Assembly: GCA_963924565.1 (NCBI GenBank) | Contig: OZ004615.1 | Coordinates: forward strand, 25,544,001-25,608,000 | Direction: 5' to 3' | Length of the DNA: 64,000 nucleotides | Source of the DNA: Ascidiella aspersa | Lineage: Eukaryota | Shown here: positions 12,842-27,386 of the stretch, piece by piece | Layout of the letters: each line of letters begins with the position of its first letter | Position numbering within the stretch: the first letter of the stretch is position 1 | Notes under the pieces: generated by a model | Database searches by the model: none | The model's input: the letters and a program-made list of their open reading frames with translations, nothing else | Told to the model about the DNA's origin: nothing | Program-made: the position numbers and the translations under genes

Positions 12842-15204
12842 CCTTACACGGCTTGTTCTGGGCGCTACACGGCTTGTTCTGGGTTTGGCGTGTTTCAAAT
12901 AAATACTCTGTGGCCAGTCAAAATAGCTTTGCAGTGGCGTCTTTTTTTATCTCTGGCATCTCTAAGCTTTACTTGTTTTCGAATGGTACAAGCGTGAGAT
13001 AAAGCCACTATTTTGCCCATATACAGTAAAACATGCCAGCTATTGTTGTTCTACGATTGCAATAACATACTTTACCGTTTTTATTATTATATTTTGTGAC
13101 TGCTGAGAAATTTTAAGGTATAACAACTACTTTATTTAAATACATACTTCTATTCCTTTGCTTTAGTTACACAAGTAGGCTTTGTTTTGAGAGACAAATT
13201 TTAGAAGTTTTAAAAAACTTTACATTTTTTAAACCACCTTAAAACATCACTGCACATGGGTATTGTTAATTGCTTGTTTAAATATAGATTTTTTAAAGAT
13301 ACTTTGCAACTATTATATCTATGTACAAACTGTTAATTTTCTGCTGTAATCACAGAAGTAGGCTATATTTTGAGAGACATTTCCGTACTTATACCTTAAA
13401 ATAACATTGGACTTGACCACCAAGTGTTGATTTAACCAGTCGTTCGAGTACTTGTGTTTTTCTTCTGCTAGAAGCTTGTCAAAACCTGCTCTCCAGTGAT
13501 ACATTGGTATGTTTTATAATGATAAGAAACCCAAGCTCATGCTGCAAGATTACAAATGCCCAGCTAGGTTTCTAGTAAAACACCTGCTGTTGTCAACAAA
13601 CTTGTGCAACTTTGATCAATGTCCTGTCATCAAAACAGATTTGTGGCTTTCCTGTGAAAAGTTGTCAAGTTTAAGTGATTCAACTCTGGAACTCTAGATA
13701 TTTGTGCAAAGGCCACTTTTTACATGTAATTTATCACATTGCTTATCTGTGTGTTCCAAATACATTTCTTTGCCATGCCATTACATTTAGTTCATATTAG
13801 GTACCTACAATTTAGTTTACATAAAATTTATATCATGCCAACACACCTAATTAAGCTTGTATTAATTTTACCTTTCTGACATATAGACAGGGCCTTAACA
13901 AAGTCAGATATTGATTTTCTGGATGTTATTTGAACAAAGGGGTTGTTTGAGTTGTAAGTATGGTGTGAATTATTTGACAATAATCTACTTTATTGGTGTT
14001 AGATTTTGAATTATTAATGAATCTGAATGTGTTTTTAGTAAGTTAGTTATTGGGAATGTAATTTTTTTCCTAAAGCATGGATTTAAAGTTAATTCATAAA
14101 TTTAAAGTCATTATTGCTCATTGTGAAGTCATAAACAATTATTATTTAATCTGAAACATGTTGTTTAACAAAAAACAAACAAACTAGAAATGGCTTACTA
14201 CTGGTTCAATATTATTGATCAATTTAAATTTTTATTTGTTTATAGCACAAAATGAACACAGGCATAACATTTGTTTTGTTTTGCATAAATCACATTTTTT
14301 GCAGCACTGGTTTTAACACAGAACAGAGTGGCATACACAAACAAACATTGCATTTATATTAAGTCGACTATATTTCCTAAATTAACATTTTAACAAACAT
14401 TTGTTGAACCAAAATCACAGTGAAGAACCAATTTATTGAATAACTTGGTTTTGTTGATATATTACAAACATTTCAATCAAATGTCAAATTAATTGTTTAT
14501 TCTTTTCCCCTCCCATTGTAGTAGGGCAGCCTCAATATATTTTCATTTGTTAAAAAGAGTTTTTTTTTTAAGTTATGTTGACACTTGTCTGTTTTTTTTT
14601 TAATTTTTTTGAACACAGCAATAAAAAGTTAACTGAAAAAAAATGAAAACAATAGCTGAATACAAAATGTTTTAATTTAAAACTTTAAACATTTTTTTAA
14701 TGTATTTTTATTATTTTTTGGGTCATATTTGCAATATTTCTCGGAACAAATATAGCAAAAAATCTTCTGACAAATATAGCAAAAAATATTCTAAAGTCAT
14801 TCAGTTTTAATGTATTTTACATGTGGGAAAAAGTAAATTTTTGCGTGTACCAAACATTGAAACGTTTCAAATTGGCATGCCATCTGCTGAATTTGTCCCA
14901 TACAGGAAACTCAGTGGAGTAGTTGCTTCTGATTCATGTTGTTGCCGTTTGCTTGCCGATGTTCACTCGTAGTTGCTGCGTTGGCCGATCACCTGGTTAA
15001 TTCGCAGAAGTGACAAGAATATATATACATGCCCAATATGACACTCAATGTATTGTAATGTAGTTAACCTGAACCACCATCAAACTATGTTGCAAAACTT
15101 TTTTCTTCTTCTGATTTGCAAATAACTTGTTGGCTTAGGTTTGTAAAAATTTTGAAATCTGCTAATTTTCTGGATTTTTTCACTGCTTTGTACAAAGTGT
15201 GTCC

Positions 15205-15765
15205 TACAGTTTTTGTTTTTGACGTACAAGGTTTAGCATTGAAGACTTGATACATGTTTGCTGATTATGTTCACATTATTCTATTATCTTACTTAATCAG
15301 TTATGACCCTGAACTTAACTTTTACTCATGTTAAACAATCGTGCATTTTTGTAGTTGTAGCAGTGGTTCTCTGAACGAGTCTTACAGTGTCAGTTCTACA
15401 TGTACAAGGTGGAAAACTTGATGTTTTACTGGTAATGTTCCAATTAGAACCAAAAAGACCACAACTAAATTTTTATTCATTCTTACAGAGTTAAACATGT
15501 GCATTTGCTATAGGATTCTTTGTAAATTTTCTGAACAAGCCAAACGGTTGCAGTTCTGCATGTACAAGATTTAACATGGAACAACTTCACAAGTGATTTA
15601 CTGGTTATGTTGAAATTAAAACCAACTAGACCACAACCAAAATCATTCATTCTTATGTTAACATGTGTGCTTTTGATACTTCATCGTATCTGTAGCAGTA
15701 ATTTTTTAGTCACACAGTTTCAGTTCTGCTCGTACATGGTTTAACGTGGAAGACTTGATATGTTC
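15205..15765 (+). repeat. Diverged tandem repeat (~170 bp, 4 copies)
   Basis: cagttct.catgtacaaggtttaaca/gtggaagacttgat recurs at ~15225, 15400, 15560 and 15730. Confidence 0.7.
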
Positions 15766-18102
15766 CGGTTATTTCCCCGGTGTTTGGCAGCACATGCCTC
15801 ATGTTTAAACAGTGTGGCCATTAACCTACTCTGTCTACCCCACAACTCAAGTGGACAAATATGTGATGCTTACTTTTATCATTATCAGCCTGGCCTAAAC
15901 TTGTATGATAAGATTCATAATAAAGTATAAAAATCTCCATTAGGAACTAAAATCTTATACCTAGTTTTAAAGTAAATTTAAAGGGTACTTACGTATTTCT
16001 GCATTTTATTTGTTATGCTACACTTTTTATGTCGTTTAATTGTACACAATCTGTGTGCCATTATGAAGGCACTCTTTTTAGTATAACTTTTTTATGAATT
16101 CAGTTGGTAAACTCAAAAAAATTTTGCCTTTGTTTTTATTACCATGAGATTTCCTAAATGTGCTTGTGAATATTAAAATAATGTATTAGTTAACTTTAAA
16201 AAACCTGATACAACTAATGTTGTAGCTTCAAAAATCTTGGATTTTGCTGCATATTTTACCATTTACCATGTAACCTAACAATTTGGTTTTATAAGTGAGA
16301 CAGCAACCGCACGAAAAAACATCATTTAAAGTTAAGCACATTTTTTGCACTGAAGCATGAGCATGCTGAGTAGAAGCCAGGATACAGCGGTTCGTACTAC
16401 ATTGGCTGGGTACGATCAGATAACACTATGGCTCAATGGGGAATAATGAGAATAATGGGATGCTGGTAACACGACTGCTCAGAAATAGCATGGCGTTTTG
16501 AAACCATACACATCATTTTGCCACATCCAAAGCAAAGTACTTTCAACATTTGTCCCGATGAAGATTTCCCATAAACTTCATGACATAAAGGGCATCGAAA
16601 CTTTAATACATTTATTAATAAATAAATATTTGCCAAAAGAACAATTTTATAATTGGTACCTTCATTTTGTTTTTTTACTGTTGAAAAGCTACAAACTTAG
16701 GCTGTAAACCTTAATAAATATAGAGTGCCTAAAAATAAATGGTTTCACAAATTTATAGTTTTTATTTGGTGAGTTACTTTGAAAAGAGTCAACATTTCAA
16801 ACAGCCTCTTTTATTCTGGCTTCATTTTAGCACTGGGCAAAAATCTGCTCTTTTCCTTGCTATCTGTTGTAGTGCAGGTTTTAGCTATGTGCATAGAAGT
16901 AAAAAAATAAAACCATTTTTGCAATTTGACAGCTATACAAAAACATGTAATACTAATAAATTATGATAGTTTGCAGTTCGAAGTCTTTAAAGCAAAATTC
17001 AAACACCATCCTGTTTTTGTCATTTGTTGAAATCCTAAAGTTATTTTCCATTGACATTTTATTCTTTCTAGAGAAAATGCTGTTGTTTAACAAGGAACAA
17101 TGGTTTCATTCAATGCTTTGTTATCATTTGTTTGAGTTATGTTTTGATTCAAATAGTCAGTATGTTTAAGAGTAGTGTTACAATGAACCGCTTGATGTAC
17201 GTTACACCGTTGAGCCAAAAGAACTTTTGTAAACCAAACAAAATTTAACCACTAAACACATTTCTGGAATATTTTCATTCGTGAATATTTTTTCCAAAAT
17301 AAAATACTTCATCAGTTTTGACTTTATTCTATTTTCACAGTTTCTAAGCTGAGAGATGTACTAGGTTTTAAAATTAAAATGTTTCATTTAAATACAAAAC
17401 AGTAAAGTTACAATGTTGACTTTGAAATTTTTGATGAAGCATTAATGTCTGTGTTTGTTAGGATGACAATGTTTAATTGTACAGCCTCATTTGCATAAAA
17501 TACCTGGGAAATACCAAGAGAATTTCACCAGGTTTTTGTGATTGGTTATTCATCAGACTGTAAAGTATTATAAGCTAAATCTTTGCTTACAGCAAGTCCC
17601 AAGTCTAAAAAAATAAAAAACAAGGATTTTTTTTCATTTTATTCTTGCTGTTGTAATTCATGAAATCTATTACTTATATAATTGTGGTTCTTTTTTCTGA
17701 TGATAGAACACTTTTCTGTCTACAATATATTTGTATTTAGTAAGACTTTGCCGCAACCCTTGAGGTTTAAAAACATTTCTTAATATCTTCTTCTTCACAT
17801 ATTTTTTGAGAAATGTGCCACAAAGTGTGGGTTGGCATTTACATTTAGAAAATCGGCAAAAGTACAACTTAGATGGATACAATCTCTTGTGTAAAATTGA
17901 TGTAGATTTGCTTGTTACTGCCAAAACTCATTTCATGACCAGCAGCCAAAAAATCAATGTAAAGGTTCATGTCGAACTAAAAGTTTTGGGAACCAAGTAA
18001 AATACAGAAACATTTGTTTCAAGTTAACTTTTTGACTCTGTAAAGGTAGATTTTTTACGTTATCGTAATAAATACAATGCTCAATAAAAATTGCATATTT
18101 AA

Positions 18103-18336
<234 letters not shown>

Positions 18337-20535
18337 TAAATAAAAACAAGTAAAAAAATACCTCTTTTTGTGAATTTTTAATATTAAATATTATTTTTCC
18401 CCAGTTATAAATAGTTGTTTATAAACTATCAACCAAATTGAAGTTTAACAAGTAATACATATAGACAGCAGTTTTGCATTTGGTATTGATGTTTGGTGCC
18501 ATAAGATTTACTATAGTGTCGTAAAGCATGTAACAAGTTTTATTTGGCCCATTATAACAGTTATTTGACCGGCAAAGTTAATATGCACTTAATGATTTAC
18601 TCAAAGTAAACTTTTTCACCGGAACTTCATTTTGATGGAAAGAAAATCGCTCGTTCATAAATATTTCATTCTGTGTTTAACGCACCGAGCTACCATGCAT
18701 GTCCACTTTTGGCCAAAGTGAATTTGCCAAGTCCTACATTATTGATGTTCCATTGAAATCCTATAAAGTCGATTTTAATCCTGTCAACAGCTTTAAATCT
18801 CCTTGTGAATCATGTTTGTTGCTCTCTACATTGCGCACAGATTACTGAACTTAGTACTCTTTAGTGACATGGTTCGGGAATTAGGTTTGTTTATAATTAC
18901 CTTAATGAATATATTAATAAATAGAGTTGTATTAAATTTTGTTTGTCGTTTAGGTTGTGAGTAAATGTTACAGTAATTGCAAACGTTTTTTTGGATTTTT
19001 TTATCTATATAAAGACACAATTATGTAGGTATACAAACACTGCCTTATTTTAATGAAGGTTTTAGTTGTAAGTTTTTCGATTTTAATTACCATTTAACAA
19101 ACTCACAATAATATGGTGCAAGGTTAATTCATTAACTTTATAAATTATTTTTGCCAATTTGTTTTGTGATAATGTGATATTTTTTGTTGTAAAATTGACA
19201 TTAAATATACTGAAAATTGTAGTTAAAAAAATATAATCTTTCAATTAAAAAGAAACTTTAAACAAAAACAATCATGTATCACTGCTAATATTGTCAGCCC
19301 TGTTTGATTTGTGAAGTTTGTTGTCAAAATAGCATGCATTCTACAAAAACTGTAGTTACAAATATCATCTTTAATTAAAAACAAAATTAACAGAAACACT
19401 TTTGTATATTAAAACATTGACAATATTTTATATTTTTTGTCTTAGCAGCCCTCTTTGATTTGTGGTGTTTTGTTGTCAAAATAACATGCATTCTGCATTT
19501 TACCATGAGTGTCAAAACTTTGATTGAGCCGAAGTGCTTTCCTGTCACGTCTAACGAATGCTAATTTGTTTACGCTATGCATTCATCTGCCAACCAACCT
19601 ACAACATTTACATGTGTCACTGCAAATCTACATGATTTTCTATAACCACTTTTCGAGGTTTTAATTTGAGAGAAGAATCTTTTATTGTAAACAAAATAAT
19701 ATGTTTGCTATCTGTTTTTTTGTTGAATAAAGTGTTTGGTGAAAGTCAATCAAGTATTTCATTTGAACTAAACTTTCTGGCTTATTTTTTTTAAACTCTA
19801 TTGGATCTATAATTGCATTTGCTTAAACCAGTAAGACTAATATTAAGTCTGATGACAATGTCTTTAGCACATTATTTAGGTAGCATTGAATATTTGATAA
19901 TGTATGTCAATTATCACCTTGGCCCTTGCAGGATAAATGTCAACCTTAATGAATCTTCATTTGAATTAAGATATACTGACGATGCCTTTGCTGGCATATA
20001 TTTATACATGTTTTAAGATCTTTTAATAGTGTCTGAACTGAATATGAATTGCTAGCTTGGCTAGTGTATTCTGCTGTTGCAACAAATGTTCAAATCTTTA
20101 TACTTAACCTAGTGTTTACTTAAACTTTATCTATGATAATAATCTTTATACTTAACATAATATTTAATAGAATTTGTTAAATTTAAGAATGATCTAAAAA
20201 AATACACAAACTTAAGATCTCTTGTCAATGTGTTACAAGATATGTGTTAAACTTGGTTAATTCAATAATTTGTCACTTGCAGACTATTCTTATAACATAG
20301 CAAAATCTTATATTAAACTCACAAATTATTGTTTTCATCCAAAAAGACTGAAGGAGATTTTTATTCGAATTAAGTTTTTAAGCAGATCTAATGATGCCGT
20401 TTTGGTGTAACTATGGTTTTCTGCTCATTTTAAAAAGTAAATTTTAATCTTTTTAAATAAAAATAATGATAATATTGTTATTTTATCAACAGGTATCCAA
20501 CATTATACTTCTGTAATGTTTTGTTTGTTTTTCAG

Positions 20536-20646
20536 ACCCCAGACTGGTCAGTTGAAGTTTTGGGAAACCAACTCCAGCAACTGAAGTCGAGCAATAAAAC
20601 CAACCATGGAAGGGCAACTTCAATCCCTGACCCTGACTTCAAACAG
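20536..20646 (+). CDS. GLCCI1: FAM117/GLCCI1-family exon (111 nt, phase 0-0)
   Basis: ttttcAG / GTaaga. Encodes TPDWSVEVLGNQLQQLKSSNKTNHGRATSIPDPDFKQ and completes the TQ|TP motif begun in the previous exon. Confidence 0.88.
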
Positions 20647-22870
20647 GTAAGATAGGTGAAAATTCATTTCCGAACTAATTTATTTAAAAAATCATATTTT
20701 GGTTCATTTTTTAAAACTTAATAAGGTAAACTTCTGTTTTTTATTTTTTTTGAGGCATTAAAATGTTCTGAACAATTTTGCATACTTTTCAAAATGAACC
20801 ATTGTTTAGAACAGCTACTTTTTTCGAGGGCACCAGTAATATAATTTTGTTTTGTTAACCAGCTACAAGTGGTATATTGTACTTCTGCAGTTATTAATGT
20901 TACCTGTTCACTGTTGTCCTCACATTAAAAAAAATACTAAAATTAAAATACTTTTGTTTTTATACTTATCTTAATTATTCACATTCACATTTGATATTAC
21001 AGGAGCTTGTTCTTTAGTTTTTCACTTATATTTTTACATGTTAGTTTGCTTAACACAGGATGTTAATTATCTCAGTGTGTGTTGGTGTAGGCGTTTCACT
21101 GACTGATCATTTGATTCATAAGAAATGTCACGCCATGCCTGAATAATTACACACCATTTCTCAAATGGATGCATTACATGATTTAGCTTTTGACTTAATA
21201 TCAAAACAAACAACTATGCACAGACTTTGTATATATGTCCTTTAATATGCAGTATTTATTTAGTATCACTGTAAACTTTTATGCTTTTAGTGTTTTTCTT
21301 CATGTTAAAGCTTTCTGTGTAACAACATTAAGATTTTATCTGGTTTAGTAGACAAGGTGAAACATTGTTCTAAACCACTGGCTAGTTTTTTTTCTATTAT
21401 TTAAAATTTTTAGTTAAACCAAAAGCATACCAACAAGCTAGGGTACTTTTATTGTTATATATATTGTAATCTTTACTATATGCACCTTGTTTTATATCAA
21501 TAGTTTTCTTCTTTTTATCTGATTGGTCATAATTACATTAATAAAATAAAACTAGTTGTTTAATAATTCCAATTTAAAAAGCTAGACTTTACATTGAAAA
21601 GTTTACGATGACTCTCTCTATTGTGCCGTCATAAAACTGAATTATATTGCAATTCCTCATAAAACTGAACAATATTTTTACACAATTATAAACCTTTTTT
21701 GAAAGTGGTTTAAACATTCAATCCTCCAAAAGTGTAGTGCTTAACACACTTTAAATTATGATTATTGGACAAAATTTTCCAAGTGTTAAGACTTCTATGC
21801 AAAGTATTGAAAATTAATGTAAACATTTCCCAAAAATATCCAACAATTACTTAGAATGTGGGGAGAAATCCTGTCGCCACAAACACACAAAATTAGTTGG
21901 TTGTCATGCTTTGCCAAATCTGAATAGCAGCTTCAATTATATGCTGGGTTACTTCAAATGGTAGCCATCATTAACCGAGCCGCGATTTGCTATCAACATC
22001 ACTACACAACCATTAAATTTCTGGCAAGACCTCGGCCAATTAAATTAGCACCATGTAATTGCATCAAGAATTCTGTGGTTGCTTATATTTAGAAACAGCT
22101 GTGTTTTCGATAATGTTCTTAAAAAACAGTAAAGTTCTACCTCAGTGAATTTAAGTAATCGTAAAAAGCTATGTAAAAAAACCTGTTATAGTATAAATAA
22201 TCATGAAATTATGGCAGATTGCATCATCACATAATTCACTTGCTTTTCAAATTTGTGATAGATAAATGGATTTCTTGGTAACCCAATATAAATGAAGAAT
22301 CATTAGAATAAGGTTAGTGTTTTTTTTTCTGAACACCAATGTCTTGGTTAGGAATGTGTAAAATTCCTAATTCCCAAGTATTCATAAAAAAATTAGTGAA
22401 GAATGTCTGTCTGTTACATTGCTAAATATTTTATTATTAAAAAAAACAAGATATGTCCCGAAAATAAATTTTCGGCCCATATAAATAGGCAAAAAATTGG
22501 TATGTAAAGACTATCTTACCCAAAACCGTTCATAAAACTGCTTGTTTCTAAATTTCATTAATAATCTCAACTATATCACCTTAGGGTTGGACAAATAAAT
22601 ATCACACTAGACCAGGTATCGTGTCTGCGTTCCGATATTATTGCACATCCCATATTTCCCGGTATAAATGAAGCATCAGGCGCCATGAGGTGCTGAGCTT
22701 AATCCTGTTTACGGCTGCCATCCTGCGAACACTTCCCTTATGCACTTTTGTGTCAGTCACGCCTAAATAGAGGCGTAGTAAAGTGGCACTATTCGCTGCA
22801 ACCATGCTTGTCTCACTGAGCAGTTATTTCACAAAAACACGAGCTTTTGAAAGATCTGAAACAGTTATAC

Positions 22871-23153
22871 CAGTGATTCCCAACTCTTTTGGACTTACGG
22901 CGCTCTTCTTAAACTATAAACAGTTTGCGGCACCCTTACTTGCATTTTCGCCAAGTGCTAACTGTAGTGTCACAATAAAAGATCTTTAAACCTTACACAA
23001 GGTAGAAAAACTTTGTGAATTTGTTGCACTCCAATTGTATCAAAAACATTGTATTAAGAAGTTTACCAATAGAGCAAAAGTTGGAATCTAAAGGGACTTA
23101 GTTAGTATCTACCCCTTGAGCGTTAGAAACGGCACTTCGATTTGGAAGCACTG
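22871..23153. mobile_element. hAT-type MITE (degenerate)
   Basis: cagtgattcccaac ... tttggaagcactg; flanks agttatac / ccttatat. Confidence 0.6.
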
Positions 23154-23662
23154 CCTTATATAGATATTAACGCCTATAAAATAGTAGGTATCATTGTTTT
23201 AGTAGTCCAGTAAAACAATAGGCACTGTTGCGTCATATTGTGTGCTTACAGTTAGTCGTAAAATGAATACTAAAGATAATGCAGATAATGCAGATGCAGA
23301 AGTAGGCAGCATTGTGTGGCTACTTCAAATAAATCTGTATTATTTTTCCACATGGCTGTGAAGTCGAAAACGCTCGATTTATTAACTTTTTATGCCCTTA
23401 TTTTAACAACTCTTAGCTGTGTATTTTCTTTATGCACTTGGTTGATATTCTGTAAAATTTCTACGACGGAAATTTTGAATATTTTTTACCCTGAAATAAA
23501 ACTAGTCCAAATAGTGTTTGATTGAAATGAAATGACGTGCATCTAGCTTATTTATTGATCTGATTAAACCGTGATAATTACAAACCAGCTTATTTTCTTT
23601 TTTACCGCTAACAGGAAAATTAATTTTTTTAACAGGAAAATTAATTTCCTTTCTGTATTCCC

Positions 23663-24255
23663 CTTAAGCAAGGATTATTTATATTTTTACGCAATTTGTT
23701 TTCCATGGAGATGCGCCAACAGACATTATTACGTGTCATAACTAATTTGTCTTTTTTTCCCCTTAAGCAAGGATTATTTATATTTTTACGCAATTTGTTT
23801 TCCATGGAGATGCGCCAACAGACATTATTACGTGTCATAACTAATTTTTCTTTTTTTCTGCTTAAGCACGGATTATTTATACTTTTTAAAATCATTTTTT
23901 TGTCTGGATACGCCAGCAACATATTCGTCGTGTTTTTAAACACGAATTAAAAACAATGACAAGAAATGTTTGATTAAATGAAATAACTTACAACTAGCTT
24001 GATCACTTTGAAGGGTGAAATGATTATATTGATTTTTACCAGCGTTTTTTTTTTGTCAAGGTGCGTATTCAGATGTAATTTATCATTTTTCAGCTTTAGC
24101 ACGGATTATTTATATTTTTACCCATTTTTTCCATCCAGATGCGCCAACAGACATTATTATAGGGTATTTCTCGTTTGTCTTCGTTTTTTAGCTTAAGCAC
24201 GGATTATTTACATTTTTTAACCTATTAATTTTTTTTCCAGATGCGCCAACAGATT
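23663..24255 (+). repeat. 99-bp tandem repeat whose last unit contains the real splice acceptor and exon start
   Basis: Units start cttaagca.ggattattta at 23663, 23762, 23861, 24094 and 24192; most contain AG-ATGCGCCAACAGA. Confidence 0.9.
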
Positions 24256-24342
24256 CGTCGTATTGGCAAGAGTCGTCATGGCGACAAGAAGGAAAGATCA
24301 CCTCCAGTTCATGGAAACCACTCAGCTCTGCAACAATTACCT
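24241..24342 (+). CDS. GLCCI1: FAM117/GLCCI1-family exon (102 nt, phase 0-0)
   Basis: ttttccAG / GTaagt. MRQQIRRIGKSRHGDKKERSPPVHGNHSALQQLP resembles the family LRQQLQR...SRH...SPLHGNH segment. Confidence 0.9.
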
Positions 24343-27227
24343 GTAAGTTGTTCATATAAAGGTATAAGTTATCAAGGCTTAAGTTTACAAGGGGCCTTAT
24401 TTATTCTTCACTTTTTGGACCACCTATTAAAGCGACAGACAGACCTTTTTTAGCATGCCGTGTTTTTGTATTTTTGCCACTGCAACAATTACATGTGAGT
24501 TGTGCATTTGAGAGTGTAAATTGTACAGCTAAGAGGATAAAATATTAAGGCTTGTTTTACCTTATTATTTGGCTTATTTCAACCATTACCAAAGTTGTGC
24601 ACCTGAAAGCTTAACAGACTTTGGATTGAACTTTTTTATTTCATGTCCTCAATTTTTGCCTCATATTTCTTTCACATGCCGTTTTTTTAGGCTTTTGGCT
24701 CACTGCAACAATTACCTGCAATTTTTTTTCTTTAAAAATCCGGAAGTGCTGTCAATTTACATTTTCGCACAATCGTGATAAAACACACGGAAGTCTGAAG
24801 CAGGTTCAATTCTTTTTGAAAAGCGAATAAAGGTTTTAAGAAAAACATGTACTTTCCGGTTCAGTCACCTATTCCTGATAATTTAAAACGTGATAAAATT
24901 TTGCACTTTTATAATAACGTGCGAATTTTAAAATGCCAAGTTACAAATTCACACAAGTGTAAAAAGGTTCAAGTCTCTCGTAATCAGATTTCGTATTTTT
25001 TCAGCGAAAAATCAAACCCTGCGATTCACTTTTCTTGACAAATTTCGGATTTGTTGACATTCTACATTTTCCACCAAAACATAAGAAATGATCTTCTTGA
25101 TAAAGAAAGACTTAATACAAGTGTAAACCGTATGTTGCTCTTAGTAGGAGTGACGTAGCAACCCCCAACTGATTATATCTCTCGTTTGTCTTGACTCATT
25201 TTAAACAAATAGTTTCAGCCTAAGTGTAAAGAAGGTTCAAATAGAAAATGAAGGTCCCTCTTATGAAGAAAAACATATGATCCGGTACTGTCACCTATGC
25301 CTGACAATATATCCCATATATCCCCGAAGATAAAAACGCTGTAATTAATTTAAGTAGCTTTTTCGGTGACAAATTTGGATTTGTTGACATTCAGTGTTTT
25401 TGCTACCCAAGTGTAAAATGAGTTCAAGTCGTTCGACCAAGTACATAAAGGTTCCCCAAATTAAAAAAACACGTGCGAACCAGTTTAGTCACCTATTTCT
25501 GATAATTTCGAACGTGTTGACATTTTACCTTTTCGCCACAACGTGCAATCCTGTATGTTCAACCGGTAGCCCTGTCTACCCCCGTATTCCTGTCCACTTT
25601 GTCGAGCAATTTCCGAGCAAAATCGTGCATTAAACCGGGAAAGATGATAGAGTTACCGGTCGCACTTGCATCAACTTAAAACAACCTGGCTTGTCGTGTC
25701 GTACAAGCGCATGTTTTCAACCTTATGCTGGGTTTTCGAACCTTGTTGTTTTGGTCTTTGGAAGCTTTCGGTCGATACTTACGTCATCGAATTTTGGAGC
25801 CTGGTCTTAACCTTGTTTCTTTTGCAGCAAGACAACATGCGTACGTGGGTGGCGTTTTGATCTAAACTGCTATATTTTTAAATTGTGTGAACAAGATTAC
25901 ACAAGGTCAATTGATTAAGTCTTTTTTTAACATTTTTTGGCGTAATCGACGTAAAAATCTTTCAATAAAATTAGACCTTTAGAAAAACTCTAAATTTAAG
26001 AAAACTTGAAACTTATGATTTTATGGAAATTTTGCCCTAATTTATTGAATATAACTTTAAGTATAAGTTTGTTTAAGTCTGTTGTGTGTTTCTTATTTTG
26101 AAACCATTGACATCTTCGTTTAGTCTTATATTACAAAAGTTTGATTATATAATTTATTTTTTAAATAAATGCGTTTTATTTAAGTTAAATTATACCGACC
26201 ATCGTCCTAGCTCAGTTGTTTTATTAGTTGGCTAGAACTGGTTTTAATCTTTTGTAAACTAATACAACAAAAGTATCATTTTCACGTGTCACGAATGCCA
26301 GGTAATTTTCCGGGTATCACTTTACTAATGTGACCACACGCAGAAACCTGATTTTTTTTTATACTGATTGCACAGTTATGCGTTGTCACAAAGGTCTTTT
26401 TGTTTTATCTGTTTCATAGGGCCAGTTAAAATCTTTAAAGCAAAAGGGGCCGTTACTTAAAAAACATTTATTTAGTTTGAAACGCAATGGTTGTTGTTTT
26501 TTCGCTGAGAATTAATTCAATACTACAGTAAAAATTAGGAAAAATTAGGTATTAGGAAGAAATGTTCGAATGTTTCTTTAGATTAAAAAAATGCATTTTT
26601 GCCGGCCCCTAGTCGGTAGTCCCTGCTTTAAGCAAACGTAAGACGCTATTTTTACCCGGTTTACAAAGTAGTTTAAATCGATATACAATCACTAATTGTT
26701 GTGCGTGTACCAAACCGGGCCGGGTAAATTAGCCTATAGGCACTTCTATTTACCCGGCTAAAAAGTGTTTGAAATGGATTAGAAAACAAATCATGATAAT
26801 AATGGAAATTTTTTTGAAAAAATTAAATTTTATAATAGCACCATCGGAACCCAAAATGTATGAGTCCCAAACGGGTGTGTGTCTACCCGAAAAATTCGGA
26901 TACTTCTGCGACTATTTGGCCGACTAACAAAAATATTGAAATTATGTACAATCTTGAATCGTTGTATGCGTACCAGTGCGAGCCGGACAAATGCCCAATA
27001 TGCACTTTTATGGCTATTTACAATCTTTGAAGCATAATGGTTTGAGTTTGTAGTAAGACATAATAAGAATATCAAAGCCCATGCACAAGTAGGTTGCATT
27101 TTGAACGTTTAGAATAACTCTTTATAAATTTTTAACATATGTATAATCATTAATGGGCGTATGCGCACCAGAGTGAGCCGGACAAATAGCGACTTACAAA
27201 CTAACCCCTTGCATTTATTTTTTGCAG

Positions 27228-27386
27228 ACACCTCAAGGTCGTTCAAACCCGATCTCAATAAGCAGTGGAGTCCAACCTTTTGGTCGCGTTCCTCGGCGAC
27301 AGAACAGCACCGAAGCTCTCAACAAGGAGATCGACCTTTACATCAACACAACCTCAACACTGGCTACAGGCAACGAAGCGGCTAGG
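27228..27386 (+). CDS. GLCCI1: FAM117/GLCCI1-family exon (159 nt, phase 0-0)
   Basis: tttgcAG / GTgagt. TPQGRSNPISISSGVQPFGRVPRRQNSTEALNKEIDLYINTTSTLATGNEAAR contains the family R.NS.E.LN.EI motif. Confidence 0.88.

Noticed and set aside
16370-16420. HDV-like ribozyme or pseudoknot (agcca/tggct, tcgtac/gtacga)
   Set aside because: Only two short stems; P3, P1.1 and P4 are missing.
23641-23950. ORFs with repeated peptides (100 aa minus, 84 aa plus)
   Set aside because: Artefact of a 99-bp (multiple-of-3) intronic tandem repeat.
23663-24255. CRISPR-like repeat array
   Set aside because: Eukaryotic intron; units are contiguous with no unique spacers and there are no cas genes.
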